Positions 39,212 to 48,473 of a DNA stretch of 64,000 bases are shown here, piece by piece; position 1 is the stretch's first letter; every line of letters begins with the position of its first letter. The DNA is taken from the NCBI GenBank assembly GCA_963728565.1, contig CAVSLC010000013.1:1-64000 (forward strand). The letters are read 5' to 3'. Source of the stretch: an uncultured delta proteobacterium. GTDB taxonomy: Bacteria > Desulfobacterota > Binatia > UBA9968. A program made the translations under genes and the position numbers. Under the pieces are notes generated by a model. It was not told the origin of the DNA, did no database searches, and worked only from the letters and a program-made list of their open reading frames with translations.

Positions 39212-40348
39212 ATGCGCGTATTATTTTGGACACTGAGTTTCTGGCCCAACATTGGCGGTCTCGAAGTGCTTGCCGCGAAGCTCGTGCCTGCCTTGCGCGA
39301 TCGCGGCCATGAATTCCTTATTGTAGCGCCCAAAAGCTCGCCTGAGTTGTCCGATGAGGCGCAATACAACGGCATTCCGATCCAGCGCTGCTATTTTCAG
39401 AATACAACCAAGCCGGCCGGCATCGATCACTTGCTCGATGTTAAACAAAAAGTTGCCAGGCTGAAACGGCACTTTGCGCCGGATCTGGTCCACGTCAACG
39501 GCGTCGGGCCAACTGACTTTTTTCACCTGACGACCAGAAACGCGCATTGGGCTCCCACGTTGGTTACGTTGCACGGCGAATGGCATCCGCAGGCCGACGG
39601 GATCGTAGCACGTACCTTGCGCGAGGCCGATTGGGTGGCCGGTTGCTGCGCCGCGGTTCTTGAGCATGGACAACGATTAGCGCCGCAGATGGCCCCACGT
39701 TCCTCGGTCATCTACAACGGTCTGGAAACTCCGGCACTGGCTACCGAACCGTTGCCTTTAGACCCGCCGCGCATTTTATGTCTGGGACGCCTCTCACCGG
39801 AGAAGGGCATGGACCTGGCTCTCGCTTCCTTCGTCGCGATTCTCGCTCGATTTCCTGGCGCCCGTTTGATCATCGCCGGCGACGGAGTTCTCCGATCCGA
39901 TCTTGAACGTCAGGCTGCCTCTCATGGTATTGCTCGTGCCGTGGATTTCATCGGCTGGATCGAGCCCGATAAGGTGGCGGCGCTGATCAACACCTCGACA
40001 GTTGTCCTGATGCCATCTCGACGAGATTCGCTTCCTTTGGTGGCCTTACAGGCCGCCTTGATGGCCCGTCCAATCGTCGCGACACGGGTGGGAGGACTTC
40101 CGGAAGTCGTAGTGCATGAAGAGACCGGCTTACTCGTTGAAAATGAAAACAGCGAGGCGCTAGCCGATGCAGTGGGGTTTTTGCTGTCACATCCTGGGGT
40201 CGCCAGGCTGATGGGAGAGGCAGCCCGCGCCCGCGCACAAACAGCGTTCAGCTGGGAGCATCACGTCAACTCCTATGATCTTTTGTACCGGAAATTAGCT
40301 GTTAAAAAACAAGAGCCGATAAATATTTCTGGAGATGGCTGTGATTGA
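39212..40348 (+). CDS. Glycosyltransferase family 4 (paralog family B)
   Basis: MRVLFWTLSFWPNIGG, GRLSPEKG, DSLPLVALQA; closest by eye to 22781. Confidence 0.9.
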   Translation: MRVLFWTLSFWPNIGGLEVLAAKLVPALRDRGHEFLIVAPKSSPELSDEAQYNGIPIQRCYFQNTTKPAGIDHLLDVKQKVARLKRHFAPDLVHVNGVGPTDFFHLTTRNAHWAPTLVTLHGEWHPQADGIVARTLREADWVAGCCAAVLEHGQRLAPQMAPRSSVIYNGLETPALATEPLPLDPPRILCLGRLSPEKGMDLALASFVAILARFPGARLIIAGDGVLRSDLERQAASHGIARAVDFIGWIEPDKVAALINTSTVVLMPSRRDSLPLVALQAALMARPIVATRVGGLPEVVVHEETGLLVENENSEALADAVGFLLSHPGVARLMGEAARARAQTAFSWEHHVNSYDLLYRKLAVKKQEPINISGDGCD

Positions 40349-41441
40349 AGTCAAACCAAACCAAGGCTTTGCTCCGCCGGCGCCGGATGGCGGCGCCGAC
40401 CTCGGCTTCAATCTCATGCGGAATGCCTTTGCACAGGCAAAGACAATGCATCCGAACCTCTTTCACGAGTCGTCTTATGTCCTGGCGGGCCAAACGGTGA
40501 ACATGCGAATCGTCGGGCAGAGGCTCGCCGAATTTATGGATTTGCCGTTCGCGCATCTGCGGGTCGACCATCCCCAGTTGACGGGGCCGCGCCTCAACAT
40601 CGAGCTCTGGGACCAGGCTGAAACAAATGTCTCTTGCCGACTCGGGTTGATACGGGACGATCTGGATTTGCATCCGAATCTAAAACATTCCGCCGATGGC
40701 CGATACGCTTCCTACCAGCTGCAGCATTCATTGGTATCGCTCGATCGGTCATCCGGTTTTATATGCGGTTATGCGTCGAACGCGGAAGAGCTGTCTCTTT
40801 ACGAACGCGGCCGGCCCCTGCACGTGCTCTTGAGTTTGTGGCATAAGAGTCTGGACATGCCGCTGGTGCATGCCGGTTTGGTTTCCAAGAGCGGCCGTGG
40901 CGTACTGCTGGCAGGTCCCGGCGGCTCGGGCAAGTCGACGTCGGCCATCACCTCTGCGTTCGCCGGTTTTGATTACCTGAGCGAGGATCTCGTCGGCTTG
41001 CAGGCGTCGCCGGACAACGGTTTTGTGGGTCATAGTCTCTACAGTTCGACCTTCATAGAGCCGAATCATCTTAAGCGGTTCGCGCTGTTCGATGGACATG
41101 CGATAAAAGGAAAATATCCTTTCGAGACGAAACTTCTGGTTCTGCTGTCACAGATTGCTCCGCTTCGATTTGCGCGAGCCTGCCGGATTCACGCCGTAGT
41201 ACTCCCTCGCGTCCTGCATCTTCCGGCGTCGCGCCTTCGTCCGGCTTCCAAAGGCGAGGCACTACTGACGCTTGCTCCCAGCTCTCTTCTCGTAGGCGAA
41301 AAAAGTAATGGGCTGCAGGGATTTAATAAGCTCGCGCAACTGGTCGAGCAAGTACCCTGTTATTGGCTAGAACTGGGCGGCGCTCTGGAAGAAATCCCCT
41401 GCGTTCTTGAAAGACTGCTGTCGGACACGGCAGGTAATTGA
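40335..41441 (+). CDS. HprK-related serine kinase (2)
   Basis: HAGLV...GVLLAGPGGSGKST...YLSED; paralog of 31752. Confidence 0.82.
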   Translation: MAVIEVKPNQGFAPPAPDGGADLGFNLMRNAFAQAKTMHPNLFHESSYVLAGQTVNMRIVGQRLAEFMDLPFAHLRVDHPQLTGPRLNIELWDQAETNVSCRLGLIRDDLDLHPNLKHSADGRYASYQLQHSLVSLDRSSGFICGYASNAEELSLYERGRPLHVLLSLWHKSLDMPLVHAGLVSKSGRGVLLAGPGGSGKSTSAITSAFAGFDYLSEDLVGLQASPDNGFVGHSLYSSTFIEPNHLKRFALFDGHAIKGKYPFETKLLVLLSQIAPLRFARACRIHAVVLPRVLHLPASRLRPASKGEALLTLAPSSLLVGEKSNGLQGFNKLAQLVEQVPCYWLELGGALEEIPCVLERLLSDTAGN

Positions 41442-41472
41442 ACTTTGGCGACCGTGGCGAGATGAGCCTATC

Positions 41473-42858
41473 GTGTTGAACCGTTTCGCAAATCTCTCGG
41501 CCGAGCCGCTGTTTCGCTATGCGGCAGCTTTGTTTATTTTTTCTCTTACGGTCAATATGGTTTGTTTTAATTGGGCTGAAGCGCCGGTTATTTACCCCGA
41601 CAGCCATGGCTACATCAAGCCCGCGGTGCAGTTGAAACAGGGCCGGCTTCCAGACTTCTCTCTGCGCTCACCTACCTATCCGGTGTATCTCGGTGTCATG
41701 GGTCTCATAGGCAAATTCGCGAATGGCGCGCCGCTAAAGCTCGCCGTCTACGGCCAAATCGTTCTCGGAGCCATCGCCATTCTCCTGTTGTATCTTATCT
41801 GTTTCAAATTGCTTGGAAGAGAGTGGCTGGCTTTCGGTGTTAGCGCGTTGCTGGCTTTGAATTTCCAAGTTATCAACTACCAGTCCGTTGTCCTAACCGA
41901 GACTCTCGCGACGACGCTGGTTATGGCGGTGCTCTATACTCATATCGCCGCGCTGGAAAAAATAAACACGCTGAAGCGCTTGGGCGGAATAGTGATCGTG
42001 GATTCGCTTCTGGTGATGCTTAAGCCAAATTTTATTCTTCTCCCGGCGAGCCTCTACGCCATACACATCCTGTATCTCGTTGCCACTTCGAGAAGCACTG
42101 CACCGCGCTTAGACTCTGCGAGTTCCTCCATCCCCTTTCTGGCACTCGGCATTTCGTGCAACCTGGCTCTAATCGCCATATGGGCGGCATTTTATTATCT
42201 ACAAACAGGGTACCCCGGTCTGTCGCGGACCTCTGACTACAACCTACTTGGAAAGGCCATCCAGTATGGCTATCTAGATCAGGATTATACCGACCCGCCG
42301 AAGATAGCCGAGCGGGCACTGGAGATCTACCGCCAAGTCGAGCGCAATCACGATCCGTACAGCGTGATCAACCGACTCGGCAGTGAAGGGCTCTACTCAA
42401 TGAAGAATCTGCGCAGCATCAATTCTTATTTCCTTGCCGGGCGCAGCGCCGACTTCGGGATCAAGACGGCGTACTTGCTGCCGGCGGTGTTGAACAAACA
42501 ATCGCATTTCTATTACGGCAGGGCGAACCGCTCTTACCACAATCTCTGGTTTCGCGGCTTTGATCTGCTCAACACATTGAATGGTAAAGCTCTTGTTTTT
42601 GCCACCGGCCTGGCTTTTTACCTTTTGATGAAGAAGAGACGCGAGCCGCTTATGGCGTTGATCATGATACTTAGCACGGTCCTGTACCACCTGCTTACGA
42701 TCACGGCTTTCGGCTACAGCGAATATCCCAGATTGCGCAGCCCGATTGATTTGCTTCTTAACGTCTTGGTTCTGCTGCCTTTGTTGCTCTTCACCTTGTA
42801 TGCTAGCGGGCGCGTGCAGAGGCGGCAGGCGGCACGATTGCATGAGCCAATCCGCTGA
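41473..42858 (+). CDS. Polytopic membrane protein, GT-C (ArnT/PMT-like) candidate; start uncertain
   Basis: YPDSHGY, RSPTYPVYL, VLTETLA motifs and about 11 TM segments. Confidence 0.7.
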   Translation: MLNRFANLSAEPLFRYAAALFIFSLTVNMVCFNWAEAPVIYPDSHGYIKPAVQLKQGRLPDFSLRSPTYPVYLGVMGLIGKFANGAPLKLAVYGQIVLGAIAILLLYLICFKLLGREWLAFGVSALLALNFQVINYQSVVLTETLATTLVMAVLYTHIAALEKINTLKRLGGIVIVDSLLVMLKPNFILLPASLYAIHILYLVATSRSTAPRLDSASSSIPFLALGISCNLALIAIWAAFYYLQTGYPGLSRTSDYNLLGKAIQYGYLDQDYTDPPKIAERALEIYRQVERNHDPYSVINRLGSEGLYSMKNLRSINSYFLAGRSADFGIKTAYLLPAVLNKQSHFYYGRANRSYHNLWFRGFDLLNTLNGKALVFATGLAFYLLMKKRREPLMALIMILSTVLYHLLTITAFGYSEYPRLRSPIDLLLNVLVLLPLLLFTLYASGRVQRRQAARLHEPIR

Positions 42859-42874
42859 GTGCAAGACAGTGCTC

Positions 42875-44314
42875 ATGCCGGTAATAAAAAGACGCTTTCC
42901 CTATCCCTACAAAGCTTTATTAGCGATTTCCGCTGATGTCGATTCAACCTCTCCATGGAAGTTTATCAGGATTCATCGATTCCTTAATACTCTCACGCCC
43001 GCGATCCCGTACTATGGCAATGGCGTCGGGCTGGACATAGGCGATAGCTTTTTCTTCAAAAACATTTCGAACAATGGGCTCAGCGTGTACGACGCCTGTT
43101 ATCGATACAAGAATGAAAATGCCTGGGCCGATGAATTTGGCGGCGTGGCTGCGCGGGACATGGACCCGAAAAATGCTCGAGACCGGATCAGCGGCAGACT
43201 GGTTTTCGAGGCAGGCCCCAAGTTCGTCGAAAAATATATTCGCTGTGGGTGGATCGATGTTCTGCATGGCGGCGATGGAAACTGGGGCGAGTTCGCCTTC
43301 AAGCGGCAAGCTACCGACTGGCGCAGAGCAGATGGGCAACATTATGCGGAATGGATTGGGCAGAGGGGACTGAAAATAGATACCTACACTAACCACTCTG
43401 AGGTGACATCTGACTTTGGCGTTCCTTGTCAGGCATCTACCAAGGCAAAACCGCGATCTATGGGCGACCTCCCTTGCTCGCCTGCATACTGGGCCGATTA
43501 TGCGCGCCAATCAGGCATCAAGTTCTATTGGTCCTATATGCCCAGCCCGGCGGCCGCTTGGCGCACGACATTCGGCCAGGATAGCATGCTAGTACCCTCA
43601 ACCTTTCGGGATGGCAGTAAGTTCTGGCATTTTAGCCGATACTCCAGCGGCAAACCCTATGCAGACACCATAGAATCTATTCTCAATTCTCCTAATCTCG
43701 ATTCTCTTGTTGAAGGCGGAAAATTTGAAATAGCCTATACTCATTTCGGCTATTGGAGTCACGTCGCTAATCAGAGCGCTCGGCTCGCTTACTTGTACCG
43801 GCTGGTAAGATTTCTGCGATCCAAGGGACAGGCTCTCCTCTCAGCGACCAATATAGCATGGCATTCTTTGGTTCGACCGCTTGGCGCTCATCCAGAACTG
43901 GGAGTGACCAGTATTAGCTCCTTTAGACTTTTGAAGTCCTACCAAGACCAGGGAAAGATTCTGGTGGCGAAGACTTCAAGACTATTGCGCTACAATCTGG
44001 CGCTGGAGTATTTGGATTTTGACTCAACTCAACTGAATGGAGGGATCATCATAGATATAAAAGCAATCCGAGATACGCAGTTCGGCGCCTTTACTCCGAC
44101 GCTACGAGATCTTCGCGGGATTACTTTTTACGTTCCGGATCCCTATAGAGCCGAGATCCGACTAAGCGGTGCGATACTCTCGAATGCAGAGATTCAACGC
44201 AACCCTGCGGACCAGACCGGAAAGGCAAGCATCGGCATCAAGTGGTTTCAGGCCGATCTGAACGACTACACAACCTGGGGCCCGCAGGACGTCGAGCGTA
44301 GCTTCTCGCCTTAG
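42875..44314 (+). CDS. Hypothetical protein, possibly polysaccharide-deacetylase/GH57-like fold
   Basis: Long ORF in operon; N-terminal RFPYPYKALLAISADVD, later DVLH, TNHS and YTHFG. Confidence 0.55.
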   Translation: MPVIKRRFPYPYKALLAISADVDSTSPWKFIRIHRFLNTLTPAIPYYGNGVGLDIGDSFFFKNISNNGLSVYDACYRYKNENAWADEFGGVAARDMDPKNARDRISGRLVFEAGPKFVEKYIRCGWIDVLHGGDGNWGEFAFKRQATDWRRADGQHYAEWIGQRGLKIDTYTNHSEVTSDFGVPCQASTKAKPRSMGDLPCSPAYWADYARQSGIKFYWSYMPSPAAAWRTTFGQDSMLVPSTFRDGSKFWHFSRYSSGKPYADTIESILNSPNLDSLVEGGKFEIAYTHFGYWSHVANQSARLAYLYRLVRFLRSKGQALLSATNIAWHSLVRPLGAHPELGVTSISSFRLLKSYQDQGKILVAKTSRLLRYNLALEYLDFDSTQLNGGIIIDIKAIRDTQFGAFTPTLRDLRGITFYVPDPYRAEIRLSGAILSNAEIQRNPADQTGKASIGIKWFQADLNDYTTWGPQDVERSFSP

Positions 44315-44335
44315 CTCGGTACGGTGACAAAAGCT

Positions 44336-45175
44336 ATGCACACTTACGCGCAAACCAATGTTCAGCTCTTCAATCAACTCCGATCGGAAGGGTACTCAAA
44401 GGGAGAGCGCGCGCTCATCTCGGACACGTACGAATTCGGGATGCGCATTTTCCCCGGTCTCTATTTGGCTTCCGGCAAACCCTTCATTGACCATCTCGTT
44501 GGCACTACCAGTATTCTTGCATCACTCCATGCGCCGGTCGAGGTGCTGGCTGCAAGCCTGATCCACGCCGCCTATCTTCACGGTGATTTCGGTTCCGTCA
44601 GAAAGGGCGTTTCGAACATCAAACGTGAGCAAGTCAGAGCGGCGGTGGGCGAACAAATCGAGGAGTACATATTCCGTTATGATCGTCTGCCTCTTGGGCT
44701 GCGAAGAATGTCCGCTCTTCAAGATCGGTTGGATGACTTCGATGCCGTCGATCGGACCGTGCTACTGATGCGGCTGGCGAACGAGCTCGAGCATTATCTG
44801 GATTTAGGAGCCTTGTATTTTCCCGGCGAGAGGCAGCAAAGAGGATGTCAGCGTTATATGGAAGCCTACGGTGTTCTCCTCGTGTCGACGGCGGAGCGGT
44901 TGCGCTATCTTTCTCTGGCAGCCCAAATGAGAGTGGTATTCGGTAAAATTGCCGCGGTTGAGCCTCCTCTGGAACCGTGCGTCCGATGCAAGGAGCCAAA
45001 CGCCTACCTGATTACACCGGGCTCCTACTGCCAACGGTTTTCTGTCGCGTCATGGCGAAAGCTGTCCGTAGCATACGGATTGAGCTTTCGCATGCTGAGC
45101 CGGCCGAAGCGATTGTGCGGCAGAGTCTTTAGATTCATTCGCAATAAAACGCAATCACTTTCGCGAGCCGCCTGA
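44336..45175 (+). CDS. HD-fold protein (RelA/SpoT-hydrolase-like, degenerate HD)
   Basis: SGKPFIDHLVGTTSIL...AASLIHAAY resembles SpoT SGEPYIxHP...AALLHD, with HA in place of HD. Confidence 0.6.
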   Translation: MHTYAQTNVQLFNQLRSEGYSKGERALISDTYEFGMRIFPGLYLASGKPFIDHLVGTTSILASLHAPVEVLAASLIHAAYLHGDFGSVRKGVSNIKREQVRAAVGEQIEEYIFRYDRLPLGLRRMSALQDRLDDFDAVDRTVLLMRLANELEHYLDLGALYFPGERQQRGCQRYMEAYGVLLVSTAERLRYLSLAAQMRVVFGKIAAVEPPLEPCVRCKEPNAYLITPGSYCQRFSVASWRKLSVAYGLSFRMLSRPKRLCGRVFRFIRNKTQSLSRAA

Positions 45176-45199
45176 TCCTTTGCCGGGTGAGAAAAAGCC

Positions 45200-46915
45200 A
45201 TGCACCCCTACGCTCAGACCAACCTCCAGCTCTTTAACCAGCTTCGCGGCGACGGCTACTCAAGAACAGATCTCGGCCTTGTTCGTGATGCCTATGAGCT
45301 GGCGATGGTGTTTTTTTCGGGTCGCTTTCAGGCCTCCGGTAAATCCTTCATAGCTCACGTGGTGGGGACCGCCAGCATTCTCGCTTCGCTGAGGTTGCCC
45401 GCCCCCATCGTGGCGGCGGGGCTACTTCATAATATTTATGAGAACGGGGATTTCAGCGACGGCCGCAATGGTATTTCGAAATCCCGACGCCGCAAGATTC
45501 GAAACGTTTTGGGCGCGGAAGTTGAAACCTACATTGCTAAATTTCCGGCGTTATATTGGGAACCGCTGACAACACAGCTTGCCCGTCGCCATCCCGACAA
45601 GATCGATTCGACCGTCCGGGCGGTTCTCTTGATCTTGTTCGCGGAACATTTGGAGCATCTCCTGGATTTGGATGCTCTTTATGGCGCTGATCGGGTCGCG
45701 CGTTCCTTTATCGATCGCAGTAAAGATGCAGCGGAGATCGCCGACGCGCTAGGCGTGCCCCAGCTTGCCGCTGAACTGCGCGCAGCAATTCGGGAGACGC
45801 AAGCCGGCAAGCTGCTCGTGGAGCCTGTCGAAAATCGTCGCCGAGAGGACTCCTTTGTTGTAGTGCCCCGGTCCTGCCGGAAACGACTCCGGGCAGCGCT
45901 GCGTTCCGGGGCCTACCATCTCCGTCGAAACTTTGAAAGGCGGGCCAAGCTTATTCACCGGAAATCGCCAGACTTCATCAAAAAGACCATCGGATGGATT
46001 GCACGACGACCATCACCGGCAGCCGGCCTGGAAATCAAATCGGAAGCACTTCGTCGACTCTTTCCCGAGGGTGCAACTCCGGAGCGAATCGCAACGGGCT
46101 TTAGGTTTACCGAAGGCCCGGTTTGGATCGCTGAGGAAAAAAAGCTTCTCTTCAGCGACATTCCCGCCGATCGTATCATCGCAATAACGACCGATGGGCG
46201 GGTAGCGACATACAGAAAATCTAGCGGCAACTCTAACGGGTTGACTCGAGATGAAAAAGGGCGGTTGATCGCCTGCGAACATGGCAATCGTCGGCTGACA
46301 CGAACGGACCAAGACGGTACTATCGAAATTCTGGCCGACACATTCCATGGTAAGAAGCTCAATAGCCCGAACGACGTCGTCGTAAAATCCGATGGTGCCA
46401 TATACTTCACCGATCCGGCCTATGGTATCGAGCTCGAACATCAAGAACAGCCCGTTCAAGGTGTCTATCATCTCTCGCCTGATGGACCGGAACTCTCGTT
46501 GGTCGCCGATGATTTCGCCCGACCTAACGGGCTAGCGTTTTCGCCCGATGAAAAAAAACTTTACATCGACGACTCGCAACGCCGTCATATCCGAGTTTTC
46601 GATGTTGAGCCGGACGGAACGCTCTCCGGCGGTTCTGTATTTTGTGATATGAATGTAAGCGATCCGGGCTCACCCGACGGAATGAAAGTGGATGTCGCCG
46701 GCCATGTCTACTGCACAGGGGCGGGAGGGGTCTGGGTTTTCGATAGCGATGGCAAACACCTGGGTACGCTGATGACCCCCGAGAAGCCGTCGAATTGTGC
46801 TTGGGGTAACGAAGATTGGCGAACTCTCTTTATTACCGCGGGAACTTCAGTTTACAAAGTACGTGTCAATACTCCGGGGATCCCGGTGCAGCCTAAATTG
46901 GGCAGAACTGGTTAA
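45200..46915 (+). CDS. HD-fold domain fused to an SMP-30/gluconolactonase domain
   Basis: N-terminal half is a paralog of 44336 (YAQTNLQLFNQL, AAGLLHNIY); C-terminal half has FTEGPVW, NSPND, PNGLAFSPD, PDGMKVD. Confidence 0.8.
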   Translation: MHPYAQTNLQLFNQLRGDGYSRTDLGLVRDAYELAMVFFSGRFQASGKSFIAHVVGTASILASLRLPAPIVAAGLLHNIYENGDFSDGRNGISKSRRRKIRNVLGAEVETYIAKFPALYWEPLTTQLARRHPDKIDSTVRAVLLILFAEHLEHLLDLDALYGADRVARSFIDRSKDAAEIADALGVPQLAAELRAAIRETQAGKLLVEPVENRRREDSFVVVPRSCRKRLRAALRSGAYHLRRNFERRAKLIHRKSPDFIKKTIGWIARRPSPAAGLEIKSEALRRLFPEGATPERIATGFRFTEGPVWIAEEKKLLFSDIPADRIIAITTDGRVATYRKSSGNSNGLTRDEKGRLIACEHGNRRLTRTDQDGTIEILADTFHGKKLNSPNDVVVKSDGAIYFTDPAYGIELEHQEQPVQGVYHLSPDGPELSLVADDFARPNGLAFSPDEKKLYIDDSQRRHIRVFDVEPDGTLSGGSVFCDMNVSDPGSPDGMKVDVAGHVYCTGAGGVWVFDSDGKHLGTLMTPEKPSNCAWGNEDWRTLFITAGTSVYKVRVNTPGIPVQPKLGRTG

Positions 46916-46916
46916 T

Positions 46917-48167
46917 ATGGTGGATACATCCTCGTCATCTCCCGCTTTATCGAATGCTCTATCATTCCTTCTCCCAACATCGGAGGAGACTCTGTTGCTA
47001 CGGATTTGTCTGTCTGCTCGCGAAGCAGCTCGAGACGCCTGGACTGAGTGGCGCAACCAGAGAGATAGGTCCGGCAAGGCCCTTCTCAAAAACAGGTCCG
47101 TCAAGAAGCTCAGACCGCTGCTGTTCAATGCCGTAAAGTCCCATAGCCTTGAAATCGATAAAGAAGCCCTCACTTACCTGAGGACGGCCTATCTGAAAGA
47201 AGAGCTGCGAAACGCCGCTGTTCGCCGCATCTGCTGTGAAGTTCTTCTGATGCTCGAGAAGGAGAGACTTGCACCAATCGTTCTCAAAGGCGCCGCGCTG
47301 GCGGAAACAGTCTACAGTAATCCGGTGCTGCGGCATTGCCATGACATCGATATTCTTCTGCCGGACGAGGAGTTGAGCCGACCCGCGGGTTTTTTGCCCT
47401 CCCTCGGTTTTCGAGTTTGTGCCGCGCCCAACTCGCACAGCCGTCATCTGAAGATGGTTCAGGGGTCCGGACTCCCTCTCGAATTTCATGGCCGACTATT
47501 GGATGTGCCATACTATCAGATGCCGATCTCGGAAATCCGGTCGCGCTGCAGGAGCCAAGTTATCGCTAGCGTCAATTCGCACATTCTAAATCCGGCCGAC
47601 AGTCTTCTCCATGTCTGTGGTCATGCCTCTTACTCGGGTAGGCGTCAATCCTTGCGCTGGGTTACCGATGCTTGGTTTATCATAGACCGGCATCCCGACC
47701 TCGAGTGGAATGAACTATTAAATTCCATTCAGCGGAGCCATCTGGCCTTGCCGATGTCCGTGATGCTCGGGTATTTGGCAGGAACCCTCGAGGCGCCGAT
47801 CCCATCAAGTTTTCTCACTCGTCTTTCAGCCGCTGCTTCACAGTCAGACGCAATCGAGCGGCAGCTTGCGTTGCGTGGAACACGATCGGATGGACAAAGA
47901 AGCCTTCGCGAATTATTCCGCAAGACAACTAATTGGCGCGAACGACTGTTTGTCGTTCAATGGCTGCTGTTTCCATCGCCTGGTTACCTCTCTTGGGTGG
48001 ACCAAATTCATCCTTGGCTCTTACCCTTCCATTACCTGTACCGCCCGCTGCGCTATGCGGCAGGCCGCCTACAGTCAAGCCTCAAAGGCGCGGCGCGAGC
48101 CGCCCAATTTCACATCGAACGATTATTTCTTCGCCACGGGCGCCGGAAATTTCGCCCATTCAGTTGA
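46917..48167 (+). CDS. Nucleotidyltransferase family protein (NTP_transf_5 / PF14907-like)
   Basis: LKGAALAETVY...RHCHDIDILL, LEFH, LLHVCGH, RWVTD. Confidence 0.85.
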   Translation: MVDTSSSSPALSNALSFLLPTSEETLLLRICLSAREAARDAWTEWRNQRDRSGKALLKNRSVKKLRPLLFNAVKSHSLEIDKEALTYLRTAYLKEELRNAAVRRICCEVLLMLEKERLAPIVLKGAALAETVYSNPVLRHCHDIDILLPDEELSRPAGFLPSLGFRVCAAPNSHSRHLKMVQGSGLPLEFHGRLLDVPYYQMPISEIRSRCRSQVIASVNSHILNPADSLLHVCGHASYSGRRQSLRWVTDAWFIIDRHPDLEWNELLNSIQRSHLALPMSVMLGYLAGTLEAPIPSSFLTRLSAAASQSDAIERQLALRGTRSDGQRSLRELFRKTTNWRERLFVVQWLLFPSPGYLSWVDQIHPWLLPFHYLYRPLRYAAGRLQSSLKGAARAAQFHIERLFLRHGRRKFRPFS

Positions 48168-48473
48168 TCTTCCACCATGCTGAAGAAAGCCGTTATAATG
48201 ACGAAGGGATTTATGATTGATTTATCGATTTTATCTGTCCGGGAAAGTGCCAGAATTGAAGGACAACTATCATGGATAGAGTCATTTTCGAGCAGTGTTT
48301 GGCGCAGTTGCTGCCGTGATTGACTGACTGCAGTTTCATCAGGGCTAGGATCAATGGACCAAGATTTGGAAAGCTCTTTGCTACAGATTGCTATTTTCGG
48401 GAACGTTGATATCTATCAAGCCCGGATGGCGGGCAGGTACGCCGGCACATGATCGTTGTACGACTGAGCTCTC

